Assembly (NCBI GenBank): GCA_002269645.1 | Contig: NIVC01002623.1 | Coordinates: 62,001-126,000, forward strand | Length of the DNA: 64,000 bases | Direction: 5' to 3' | From: Macrostomum lignano | Lineage: Eukaryota | In this document: in pieces, positions 47,901 through 59,500 of the stretch | Layout of the letters: each line of letters begins with the position of its first letter | Position numbering within the stretch: position 1 is the stretch's first letter | Program-made: the position numbers and the translations under genes | Notes under the pieces: generated by a model | The model's database searches: none | What the model was told of the DNA's origin: nothing | What the model saw: the letters and a program-made list of their open reading frames with translations, nothing else

Positions 47901-50900
47901 AAAATACTTCCGATTTTTCTGAAACTTTTGCCAGAGTCTTAGAGGCTGTTCAAAATGATAGTAAAGCAAAAAAACTGCAAAAAATTACCTTCACAGTTAA
48001 CAGGAGGTCGATTTGTTAATAGTCTACATAATTAGTGATAATTTGATGCAAGCAGTTTCGGAAATTCAGAGAATTGTATGTTTAAAAATTAAACTTTTTA
48101 CTATATTTATTTCTACTAATCTACGTTGTCTTCTCCATTTTAAAGGTAAGTACGGCTGCTGATATCAATTAAACATAGTTTGATAGGATTATAGTTTTTC
48201 TCCATGGAGGTGTTTGATAACTTGCTGAATTTTTAATTTAAATAAGCTTCATTGCAATCCCCCCCTGGACCCCCTCAGTCTCCAAATTTATCTACCTAAT
48301 CTTCAATAGACCCCCATGCCTCTATTGAAGTTTAGGTACGTGAAATCATTTCCTATGAAGATTCTCCCCACCCTAAAACCCCCCATTCCCCATGCCCCGG
48401 TGGTTGGCTTTAAGCTACAAAAAATGAAGTTCAAATTTGAAATCAGCACCATCAAAAACCTCTGTGGAGACAAAATTATGATCCTATCAAAACTGCAACT
48501 ATTTTATCTACCTAAAGTTCAACAAGTCCAAGAAGTGACGGTGAGAAAACTCACCGAACTGAGTCGTACTTCTGCGTTGACTGTCGAATAATGAAATCGA
48601 GTTTCTCATCCTCCGTGAGGCCCTCCATCATGGCGAGCTCCTCCTCTTGTTGCTGCTTGGTTTCGTGAAATGGCTGAAACATGGCGTAATAGAGTGGCAA
48701 TAAGGAAAAGTTCATTTCCTAATCTCCAAAGAGTCACCGAGACTGCTGTCTATGGCTGTAACTTCACACTCGTCTTGATGAAAAGTTGAAAACGTGGAAC
48801 CTAAGTGAAACCTACATAGAACCTACGGGAAAACGATACCTATGTAAACACAGGTGAAACAGGAAAGAAGTGACTCTAGAGACGACTCTAAAACGAGATG
48901 TCACGGTACAAGTCGCAAAAAAAGCCGTCAAAAAGTCGTCAGAGAATCGATTGCAAGCGACTCTGGGGCCGTAGAGTCCTACCTGAGACATGCTGGAGTT
49001 GCTGTAGAATCACTGAGTTGCGTCTGAAGCGCATCCAACACAACACAGCCGTCCAACACAACGACTGTTGGACGACTTTTTCGCGACTCTTTTACGATTC
49101 TGTAACTCACGTGACGCGCTCGCGACTCAACAGCCGCCTCTCCGTAGCGTTACAGTCGGTTGAGTCGTTTAAAAGTCAATAGTGAGTTGCTTGCAATGAC
49201 TATTTAGCGATTCTTGTCACGGGCATGAGAGCCAATCCCCAAAGATGATATAAATGAGCTTGGATTGCTTTGCATTCTCTGTTGAGTCTCGTCCTACTTA
49301 CTGCAAAGCTACCGGATTGGCAAACGTACAAGATAAAAAAGATTTGAAACTAAAATCTGCATCTTTGACTTGAAAATTTGGAGATTCCTTTACCGAATCA
49401 TTATTCGGTAAAGGAACTGAAGCAATGGCTTCTTCTTCTTCAATTTACTCACGCATCAATCATATCATGCACCCCAAGATATCCCAATGGGCTAATCACC
49501 TATATTGGCCCGTTTGTGTGTAAATTTTCGCTCAAATCTGATGAACAAATACAGAGCTTGAGGAGTGTCTAAAACCTTTTGACTGTGCCAAGGTAGAAAT
49601 TCACAAATATGGTACACCCTGTATGCCCAAAACCCTCCTATTATTGTTATTATTATTAAACGTTAAGCCCTTGTTCCAGGACACCCGTTGCATCTGGGAG
49701 AGACATAAGGGGCAGAGAAATAGGATTATTTTCAGAAGTCCTTGACGCGGGCGCCACTATAAACAGTGCCTCTGTCTGTCTGGTCTGTCTGGGGTTGATC
49801 TGCCCTCTCCTTTGAGCCAGCAACAGGATCAAACTGGCTGCAGCCAAAACAACAGAAGCCATTTATAATAGAGACTGGTGCGCGAGTACCAAGCGAAAGC
49901 AGTCGATGAAGCATGCGTTTTCTCTGTGCTAATAGACAGCAAATTCAAGTGCACAGCCTCATGCCTTACACTGGCCTCAGACTGATAGCAGTTCTGCCTC
50001 TGCGGCGACTTTGATCTTTGTCGATGCTTTGAAGAGTACCGCCTCGAAGATCCCGGAGCTTCCAGTCTGGGCGTACGAGCGACCAACACCTGGGTGAACT
50101 CCTGCAGTAGCTCGGCATCGCTGCTGTACACTGCAATGCACCCAAATACAACTGTGGCCTGAGCTGCTGTACACTGCAATGTAATCTACACCGATATTCT
50201 TAGCTGCAATTCCCTAGCCCGATATTCTCAGCTGCAATTCCCCAGCCCGATATTCTCAGCTGCAATTCCCCAGCCCGAGATTCTCAGCTGCAATTCCCCA
50301 GCCCGATATTCTCAGCTGCAATTCCCCAGCCCGAGATTCTCAGCTGCAATTCCCCAGCCCGATATTCTCAGCTGCAATTCCCCAGCCCGAGATTCTCAGC
50401 TGCAATTCCCCAGCCCGATATTCTCAGCTGCAATTCCCCAGCCCGAGATTCTCAGCTGCAATTCCCCAGCCCGATATTCTCAGCTGCAATTCCCCAGCCC
50501 GAGATTCTCAGCTGCAATTCCCCAGCCCGATATTCTCAGCTGCAATTCCCCAGCCCGATATTCTCAGCTGCAATTCCCCAGCCCGATATTCTCAGCTGCA
50601 ATTCCCCAGCCCGATATTCTCAGCTGCAATTCCCCAGCCCGAGATTCTCAGCTGCAATTCCCCAGCCCGATATTCTCAGCTGCAATTCCCCAGCCCGATA
50701 TTCTTGGCTGCAATTCCCCAGCCCGAGCTCACCTTTGCCATCTTCGGCAGACAGCTGCAAGTCGTAGTCCGCACCTGTGAGTCCGCACTTGTCCCGAATG
50801 GCAGCCTTGAGATCTCGCACGCTCAGTGCGGAGCCGCTGATGCGCACGGCGTCCCAGCTCAGGCCGGACTTGAACCGATAGTAGATCACGGACACGCCGC

Positions 50901-50943
50901 CGGCGAGGGGTGCAGCAGCCGCAGACGGGGCGGCTCTCAGCAT
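44487..50943 (-). CDS. RBBP6: RBBP6/Mpe1/SNAMA-like E3 ligase and 3'-end processing factor, 773 aa; exons 50733-50943, 49970-50130, 48555-48673, 47131-47382, 46289-46751, 44956-45695, 44487-44862
   Basis: DWNN ubiquitin-like domain (VIYYRFKS...DLQL...VLVARTP), EDEKL..IIRQS..YD segment, zinc knuckle (YTCNRC...H....CP), GIP/GAYL/GRYAVP motif, GKKEKRPF, RING (CLLC...CC...C..C...CPAC...PNRNL) and RS-rich region. Intron phases 1,0,2,2,0,2 chain to 2322 nt. The exon 2 donor and the exon 5 AAG acceptor are the least certain junctions. Confidence 0.92.
44887..44925. repeat. (TGTC)n microsatellite in RBBP6 intron 6
   Basis: Direct inspection. Confidence 0.9.
45748..46215. repeat. 20-bp minisatellite AACCCTTCAGGCTGTTGTGT in RBBP6 intron 5, degenerating rightward
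   Basis: Direct inspection. Confidence 0.9.
46785..47095. repeat. 41/49-bp G-rich minisatellite CTGGGAGTCCCACACAGGGACAGGGGGTGGGGTTGGCC(AATCGGCGGG)CA in RBBP6 intron 4
   Basis: About 6-7 units. Confidence 0.92.
47468..47775. repeat. 27-bp minisatellite GGGGAATCCCTCAGATGCCAGTGTCAT in RBBP6 intron 3
   Basis: About 11 units. Confidence 0.95.
48830..49205. mobile_element. Dispersed non-autonomous repeat (MITE-like), copy in RBBP6 intron 2
   Basis: Both ends align with 60170-60375 (CACAGGT...GGAAAGAA.TGACTCT...ACGGTACAAGTCGC and TTGCAAT.ACT..TAGCGATT.CTGTCACGG). Imperfect internal inverted repeats. Confidence 0.55.
50190..50726. repeat. 28-bp minisatellite CTCAGCTGCAATTCCCCAGCCCGA(T/G)ATT in RBBP6 intron 1
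   Basis: About 19 units, reaching to within 6 nt of the donor. Confidence 0.97.
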
Positions 50944-51119
50944 GGCTGCGACTGAAATTGAAACAGCTAGAATTATTGAGAAACAGAGTAGCGACGGTTG
51001 GTTACAGGCGGTGGCATAGACAGCCAAAACCGACTACAAGCATATAAAATGGACAGTTGAAGGTCGCTGAAATGGGGAGGGGCATTGGCCATGAGTGGCA
51101 GACAAATCACGGGGACTGC

Positions 51120-51149
51120 AGGAAAAGCTGATTGGCTGGAAGCTAGTAG

Positions 51150-51213
<64 letters not shown>

Positions 51214-51300
51214 CCTCAATGAACAAAATAAGCTGCAGGCAAAGCTTAGTCAGAGATGTGTACCGCACCGCACCACTGCCATCTTGTGGGCCAACTGACA
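51120..51300 (-). promoter_or_regulatory. Candidate RBBP6 promoter elements
   Basis: YY1-type AAGATGGC on the sense strand (51278-51285) and CCAAT (51131-51135), with a (GA)n tract between them, 200-350 bp upstream of the ATG. Confidence 0.3.
51152..51208. repeat. (CT)n microsatellite
   Basis: About 28 dinucleotides. Confidence 0.97.
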
Positions 51301-51449
51301 AAATATACGATTTGAATATATTTACACGACTGACGATCAGGAAAAACACGTAGCACTAAGATATGCCTGCGTACTACTTACAGCAGTTTGATAAAGATGA
51401 ATTTGTGATACACAAACATTTAAAATTGAATTTAACATAAAACATCAAG

Positions 51450-52512
51450 TAGGGATTCCAATTTGGGATCAATTAGGGGTTCTGGCTTAGGATTATTAAG
51501 GGATTCCTGCTTGGGATCAATTAGGGATTCTTGATTAGGATCATTTAAAGATTCCTTTTAGGGATTAATTAGGGATTCCTGATTAGGATCATTTAGGGAT
51601 TCCTGCTTGGGATCATTTAGGGATTCCTGCTTGGGATCAATTAGGGATTCCTGCTTGGGATCATTTAGGGATTCCTGCTTGGGATCATTTAGGGATTCCT
51701 GCTTGGGATCAATTAGGGATTCTTGTTTAGGATAATTTAGGGATTCCTGATTAGGATCATTTAGGGATTCCTGATTGGGATAATTTAGGGATTCCTGATT
51801 AGGATAATTTAGAGATTCCTGATTAGGATCATTTAGGGATTCCTGATTAGGATAATTTAGGGATTCCTGATTAGGATAATTTAGGGATTCCTGATTATGA
51901 TCAATTAGGGATTCCTGATTAGGATAATTTAGGGATTCCTGATTAGGATAATTTAGGGATTCCTGATTAGGATAATTTAGGGATTCCTGATTAGGATAAT
52001 TTAGGGATTCCTGATTAGGATAATTTAGGGATTCCTGATTAGGATAATTTAGGGATTCCTGATTAGGATAATTTAGGGATTCCTGATTAGGATAATTTAG
52101 GGATTCCTGATTAGGATAATTTAGGGATTCCTGATTAGGATAATTTAGGGATTCCTGATTAGGATAATTTAGGGATTCCTGATTAGGATAATTTAGGGAT
52201 TCCTGATTAGGATAATTTAGGGATTCCTGATTAGGATAATTTAGGGATTCCTGATTAGGATAATTTAGGGATTCCTGATTAGGATAATTTAGGGATTCCT
52301 GATTAGGATCATTTAGGGATTCCTGATTAGGATAATTTAGGGATTCCTGATTAGGATAATTTAGGGATTCCTGATTAGGATAATTTAGGGATTCCTGATT
52401 AGGATAATTTAGGGATTCCTGATTAGGATAATTTAGGGATTCCTGATTAGGATAATTTAGGGATTCCTGATTAGGATAATTTAGGGATTCCTGATTAGGA
52501 TAAACTAGGCAT
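51450..52512. repeat. 24-bp minisatellite TTAGGGATTCCTGATTAGGATAAT
   Basis: About 44 units, degenerate at the left and homogeneous at the right. Confidence 0.97.
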
Positions 52513-52944
52513 TCCGATTTGAGAAAAAAATTGATTCCGTGATAAATTTTAATTTTAAGGTTAAGGTTAATCTGTCAAAGCAAAAGTACAGAGCAGCAGG
52601 TTTGAATTAATTAATCAACAGAGAGTCTGGCTACATAAAGCAATATCAGTTTACTTAGTGCTACCGCAAGCGTTCACAACATGATTCAGTGGGAGATAAA
52701 CAAATGCCAGAGGATCGGGGCGGGTGGTTAAAAAAATCTGGAGCAACAGGAAACGACAAATGCCTATTGCTATTCTGCCAACTCAATAAAACTGTCCCCG
52801 GTTTCCGGGGGAAGTGAGGGCTGGCGGAAGCCCCAGTCAGCACATGCCTGTGCACGCATTTGCAGCGCCGCGTGTCGGATACGAGGTTAAAAATCCAATT
52901 TTAATGGAATTCTGAGAATCAGCACGTATTCAGCATTTCCAATT

Positions 52945-53460
52945 CCAACTGTCAGATATCCCTATTCGAGATCCCATCTCCTCAATTCGAACTTTCAAAT
53001 ATCCCTATTCGAGATCCCATCTCCTCAATTCGAACTGTCTAATATCCCTATTCGAGAACCCATCTCCTCAATTCGAACTGTCTAATATCCCTATTCGAGA
53101 TCCCATCTCCTCAATTCGAACTTTCAAATATCCCTATTCGAGATCCCATTCCCCATTCCAACTGTCAGATATCCCTATTCGAGATCCCATTCCCCATTCC
53201 AACTGTCAGATATCCCTATTCGAGATCCCATTCCCCATTCCAACTGTCAGATATCCCTATTCGAGATCCCATCTTCTCAATTCGAACTTTCAAATATCCC
53301 TATTCGAGATCCCATTCACCATTCCAACTGTCAGATATCCCTATTCGATATCCCATTCCCCATTCCAACTGTCAGATATCCCTATTCGATATCCCATTCC
53401 CCATTCCAACTGTCAGATATCCCAATTCGAGATCCCATTTCCCAATTCAAACTGTCAAAT
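52945..53460. repeat. 41/43-bp minisatellite AACTGTCAGATATCCCTATTCGAGATCCCATTCCCCATTCC
   Basis: About 12 units downstream of the MBTPS1 stop. Confidence 0.92.
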
Positions 53461-53535
53461 AACCACTTATGAAAAAATCCCCTCTCAAAAGCAGAATCAT
53501 CAGGTCAGTTATCCCAGTTGCAAAAGCCCGGCCGC

Positions 53536-56500
53536 TCAGAAAATCCCTGATCCCTTCTGCAGGCCGGCGCGGGCCGCCCCGCTAAACAGCAGCGGCTGGT
53601 CGATGCCGGCGGACGCCGAGCGGACCAGCGCGCCTGGCGCCAGGCCGGGCCGAGCGCGCCGGCTCAGTCGGCGCCGACAACGGGAGGCGGCGAAGGCCAG
53701 CAGGCCGGCGGCGGCCAGCAGGGTGCAGGACAGCGCGAACAGGCGGAAAGCGCGGTCGATGGGCGCCGCCGCCGTCTGCTGGCGGTTGCGAATGGCGGAC
53801 TCGAGCGACTCGGCAGACAGGCGGTCGGGCGGCAGCGGCACCCGGTCCTCGGGCAGCAGCGCCAGGCTGGCCGCGCGAAAGGCCGGCCGCTTCGAATCTC
53901 CGGCTGCCTCGGCGGCGACGCGGCGGCAAGGCGACGGCGTCGGGCAGGCCGGCAGCGGGCGGTGCCGCCGGCGGGGACTGGCGGCGTCGATCTGGTCGGG
54001 CGCGGACGGCAGCAGCACCCGGCTGTGCAACCGCAGGCGGCTGCCCTCCATGCGCATCGGCAGCGGCGAAGGCGGCACACCGGCAGACTTCCAAGTCTGG
54101 AAGCCGTCCGCGAAGGCGGGCAGGCGGGCGGCGGTGGCGAAGTGCAGCATGGCGGCCACCAGCCAGTAGCAGTCGGCCAGCTGGTGCGCCGAGTCGGCGC
54201 AGTTCGAGTCGCCGAGTACGGCAATCCGGCCAGTGCCGGGCCGCACCGGCTGCGAGCCGGCGTGGGCGAAACCGAGCACGGGGGCGCGGACCTCCAGGCG
54301 AGACTTGGCGCCGCCGGCCTGGCCATTGCAATGGCGGGGGCCAAAATCTCACCCAATGAAACTACAGGATTCAAAATCTCACCCAAAAAAAACTACAGAA
54401 TTCAAAATCTCACCCCAATAAAACTATAGGATTCAAAATCTCACCCCAATGAAACTACATGATTCAAAATCTCACCTTAATTAAACTACATGATTCAAAA
54501 TCTCACCCCAATCAAACTAAAGGATTCAAAATCTCACCCCAATGAAACTACAGGATTCAAAATCTCACCCCAATGAAACTACAGGATTCAAAATCTCACC
54601 CCAATGAAACTACAGGATTCAAAATCTCACCCCAAAAAAACTACAGGATTCAAAATCTCACCCCAATCAAACTAAAGGATTCAAAATCTCACCCCAATGA
54701 AACTACAGGATTCAAAATCTCACCCCAAAAAAACTACAGGATTCAAAATCTCACCCCAATCAAACTAAAGGATTCAAAATCTCACCCCAATGAAACTACA
54801 GGATTCAAAATCTCACCCCAATCAAACTACAGGATTCAAAATCTCACTCGAAACTAAGCTAAGCAGCCCCCTCTGCTTGGGAAAAGAACCTCAGACTGCA
54901 TTCCCGCCGAACCCGCACCTGCATCAGCTGGTGGCCCTCGTCAGCCAGGGCGGCGGTCAGCACCCGGCCGTCGTCCGGGAACTTGGCGATGTCGCAGCCG
55001 GACGAGAACGCCACCAGCCGGTCGCCGAGCCGGAATTCACCGTCCAGAACCCGGTCGCCAAGCGCCACGCCGAACTGGCCAAGGAGGTCGTTGAGCGCCG
55101 GCACATTGGCGCCGCCGGTGTCGGGCACCCACCACTGCCGGGTGTTTTCGTCGAAGAACCGGACTCGGCGCATCACGCTGGTGTTGTACCAGTCGGCCAG
55201 CACCAACACGGACAGGCCGGCGGCCACATCGCGGCCGAGCTTGGCCACCTCTTCGGGGAAGAATTCCTCTTCAGTGTCCACCAGGAGCAGGGCGCCGTAG
55301 TTTGACGCGTTGTAGCAGGTGAGCGGCCGGCCCGCCACCTGGGAGCGGTGGGAAAGGATCAGCAAATGATTCAGTGGTGGGATTACGACCGTGAAAGAGA
55401 TTGAAAGACCGTCTTCACTGATTGAGATCCCATCCCTCACTGATTGAGATCCCATCCTCACTGACTGAGATCCCATCCTTATTGATTATGATCCCATTCT
55501 CATTGATTGAGTGAGATCCTATTCCGACCGAATAAATCCCAATTATCACTTAATCTCGAATGAAATGGTATTTCAGGATCGTAATCCCACCACAGAATCG
55601 ATTGCTGGGCCTTTTCCACCCCTCCCCAGGTGGCGGAAATCAGTGTGGGATGAGATCTCAATCAGTGAGAATGGGATCTCAATCAGTAAGGAATGGGATC
55701 TTAATCAGTGAATATGGAATCTCATTTAGTGAGATTTGGGAGACTTGCCAGTCCCAACAGAGCTATCTCTCACCTCAACAAAGTAGCCGGCGGACCTGAG
55801 CCGGCCGTACAGGTCCCGAAAGTTGGTGTGCGGATGGTCGCCGTGCCAGTCGAGCGGGTCCAGCTTCACCCGCAGGTTATCCCTGGGGAAATAGCCGGAC
55901 GGGTAGCGCAGGCTGTGGAACTGGTCCCACAGCAGGCGGCGGCTGCGGGGCGGCCTGGGCGCGATGCGGACCCGCACAGGCAGGCTGAGCTCCGTGCTGG
56001 TCTCCTCGCCGACCCCGGCGCCTACCGTCTCCACCGTGAAGTTCAACCAGCCTTCGGCAACGCCGTCAAAGTCGGCGCCAGCCTCGGCAACGCCGAGCTG
56101 CAGGGCCAGCCAGCCGGACCACGGCCACAGCAGCTCGGAGTGGGTCGCCGACACCGTCAGCAGGCGGCCGTTCTGACCGTCGATCCACAGCGGCTCGCCT
56201 CGGATCCGGCCGGCCACCTGCGGGGATCAGGAATGGCTGAATGTACTTTACAGCAGCTGCAAGCTGCATAGACATGCATCTTCATACGGCGTTGATCAGT
56301 CTCACTTTGTAATTTCCCTTGTGGCTTTTCCCGCTGCCTCAGTGGCTTCTCCCGCTGCCTCAGTCGCTTCTCCCGGTCAATCAGTAGCTTCTCCCGTTGC
56401 CTCAGTAGCTTCTCCCGGTCCATCAGTAGCTTCTCCCGCTGCCTCAGTAGCTTCTCCCGCTGCCTCAGTAGCTTCTCCCGTTGCCTCAGTAGCTTCTCCC

Positions 56501-59500
56501 GCTGCCTCAGTAGCTTCTCCCGGTCCATCAGTAGCTTCTCCCGCTGCCTCAGTAGCTTCTCCCGCTGCCTCAGTAGCTTCTCCCGTTGCCTCAGTAGCTT
56601 CTCCCGCTGCCTCAGTAGCTTCTCCCGCTGCCTCAGTAGCTTCTCCCGCTGCCTCAGTAGCTTCTCCCGCTGCCTCAGTAGCTTCTCCCGTTGCCTCAGT
56701 AGCTTCTCTCAGTCCATCAGTAGCTTCCCCCGTTGCCTCAGTCGCTTCTCCCGGTCCATCAGTAGCTTCTCCCGTTGCCTCAGTAGCTTCTCCCACTGCT
56801 TCAGTAGCTTCTCCCGGTCAATCAGTAGCTTCTCCCGTTGCCTCAGTAGCTTCTCTCAGTCCATCAGTAGCTTCTCCCGTTGCCTCAGTCGCTTCTCCCG
56901 GTCCATCAGTAGCTTCTCCCGTTGCCTCAGTAGCTTCTCCCGGTCAATCAGTAGCTTCTCCCGTTGCCTCAGTAGCTTCTTCCGTTGCCTCAGTAGCTTC
57001 TCCCGCTGCCTCAGTAGCTTCTCCCGTTGCCTCAGTAGCTTCTCCCGCTGCCTCAGTAGCTTCTCCCGCTGCCTCAGTAGCTTCTCCCGCTGCCTCAGTA
57101 GCTTCTCCCGGTCAATCAGTAGCTTCTCCCGTTGCCTCAGTAGCTTCTCTCAGTCCATCAGTAGCTTCCCCCGTTGCCTCAGTCGCTTCTCCCGGTCCAT
57201 CAGTAGCTTCTCCCGTTGCCTCAGTAGCTTCTCCCACTGCTTCAGTAGCTTCTCCCGGTCAATCAGTAGCTTCTCCCGTTGCCTCAGTAGCTTCTCTCAG
57301 TCCATCAGTAGCTTCTCCCGTTGCCTCAGTAGCTTCTCCCGGTCCATCAGTAGCTTCTCCCGTTGCCTCAGTAGCTTCTCCCGCTGCCTCAGTAGCTTCT
57401 CCCGCTGCCTCAGTAGCTTCTCCCGTTGCCTCAGTAGCTTCTCCCGCTGCCTCAGTAGCTTCTCCCGCTGCCTCAGTAGCTTCTCCCGCTGCCTCAGTAG
57501 CTTCTCCCGCTGCCTCAGTAGCTTCTCCCGTTGCCTCAGTAGCTTCTCTCAGTCCATCAGTAGCTTCCCCCGTTGCCTCAGTCGCTTCTCCCGGTCCATC
57601 AGTAGCTTCTCCCGCTGCCTCAGTAGCTTCTCCCGCTGCCTCAGTAGCTTCCCCCGCTCAGCACCTTATCTCACTACTCTCCACCTCAAACACCATACAA
57701 CCCTACCTTCCCTACCACAAGCCAGTCAGAATTGACAAGCAGAACTCACCGACATGCCGTTAAGTATGGTGACATTGACAACCACAGGCAGGCCAGTAAA
57801 GTACATCGGCTGGCTGCAGTACGGCCACATATAGGGACAGTCGGTGAAGTCAATGTAGCTGGGGGACAGGCTGGCCTGAGGCTTGTAGGCCCGCAGCAGC
57901 TGGTAGGCTCGCAGCAGGTCCAGCTTGCCGTGGCCCTGCTCAAACATGTTAGCGTCCGGGAGCCGCCTGGCCGAAGCCAGCAGCGCCTGCTTGATGGAAG
58001 CCGGGTTGATGACCGGCCCCCGGTGCAGCACGGCGCTGTACAGCAGGGCGACGGCTCCGGCAACCACCGGGCTGGCCACGGAGGTGCCGCTGAGGGCCCG
58101 GCAGGTCTCGCGCAGTCCGGAGCCGCGCATCCCCGCGCCGTAGGTGACAATGTCCGGCTTGAGCCGGCCGTAGCCATCCGGCAGCTCCCAGGTGGTCATG
58201 CCGCGTGAGCTGAATCTGGCGACCCGATCGTCGAAGTCGATGCCGCCGACTCCGACGACGTCCATCTGGTCGGCGGGGTTGTTCAGGGTGCCGTACAGAG
58301 GGCCGTCGTTGCCGATGGCGGACACCAGCACGACGCCGTTGCTGGTCAGCTCCCACACCTTGTCAACGAATGGCCGGTCGAGAAAGTCCGGCCCGCCGAT
58401 GCTCAGGTTGATCACGTGGATTCGGCGAAGCATGGCGTAGTTGAAGGCGTCCAGGAACCAGGACGTGTACGACACCTGGGGAGGGTGGGGTTGATGTCGA
58501 GTCGGGAACCAAGTGGTAGACAACTGGGGGAGAGTCGGGAACCAAGTGGTGGACAACTGGGGGAGAGTCGGGAACCAAGTGGTGGACAACTGGGGGAGAG
58601 TCGGGAACCAGGTGGTGGACAATTGGGGGAGAGTCGGGAACACTCAGGTGGTGGACAACTGGGGAGAGTCGGGAACCAAGTGGTAGACAACTGGGGGAGA
58701 GTCGGGAACCAAGTGGTGGACAACTGGGGGAGAGTCGGGAACCAAGTGGTGGACAACTGGGGGAGAGTCGGGAACCAGGTGGTGGACAATTGGGGGAGAG
58801 TCGGGAACACTCAGGTGGTGGACAACTGGGGAGAGTTGGGAACCAGGTGGTGGACAACTGGGGGAGATTCGGGAACCAAGTGGTGGACAACTGGGGGAGA
58901 GTCGGGAACCAAGTGGTGGACAACTGGGGGAGAGTCGGGAACCAAGTGGTGGACAACTGGGGGAGAGTCGGGAACCAAGTGGTGGACAACTGGGGGAGAG
59001 TCGGGAACATTCAGGTGGTGGACAACAGTCAGAAACCAGTGAGGTTCAGCAGCCTCAGGAAACCAAAAAAGGGAAACGCTTCTTAGCGCACCTGCGCATT
59101 GGTGAAGACCCTGAAGATGTACAAATCGGCGTCGGGCGCGAAGCCCAGACAGTCGCGGTAGCTGGCGATGACGCCGGCCACGAATGTGCCGTGGCCGAGG
59201 CCGTCGTCCAGCGTCTTCTCGTTTGTCCAATTGCTGCGCTCCTTGACTCGGCCGCGTTTGAAGTGCCCGTGTCCGGCCGCCAGCCCGGTGTCGAAGACGG
59301 ACACCCGGACGCCGCGGCCGGAGAAGCCGACGCTCCACAGCACGTCGGCCTGCAGCGCCGAGGTGATTTGAGTGGGTGCCGGCCGGACCCCAGCGCCGAG
59401 GCCGCCGCTGACGATCGGCGCGTGGCTGAAGCTGCGCCGACTGTGCCAGCGCGGCAGTTCGACGTCCTCGTCGGCGGGGCCGAAGCCGTGCAGAGTCCGC

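Noticed and set aside
56321-57763. 480-aa (SVASPAA)n mucin-like ORF antisense in MBTPS1 intron 2
   Set aside because: Entirely produced by a 21-bp tandem unit lacking a stop in one frame; no ATG start and no splice evidence.
9640-59027. Possible rule that intronic arrays are C/pyrimidine-rich on the sense strand
   Set aside because: Counter-examples (RBBP6 intron 1 and MBTPS1 intron 2 are G-rich on the sense strand); no consistent asymmetry.
12760-59095. Short direct repeats across intron ends (CAGGTG, AGGTG, CAGGTGA) and all-phase-0 introns in MBTPS1, suggestive of Introner target-site duplications
   Set aside because: Explained by the ordinary (C)AG|GT proto-splice bias; the homeodomain Q|V intron position is a known ancient one.
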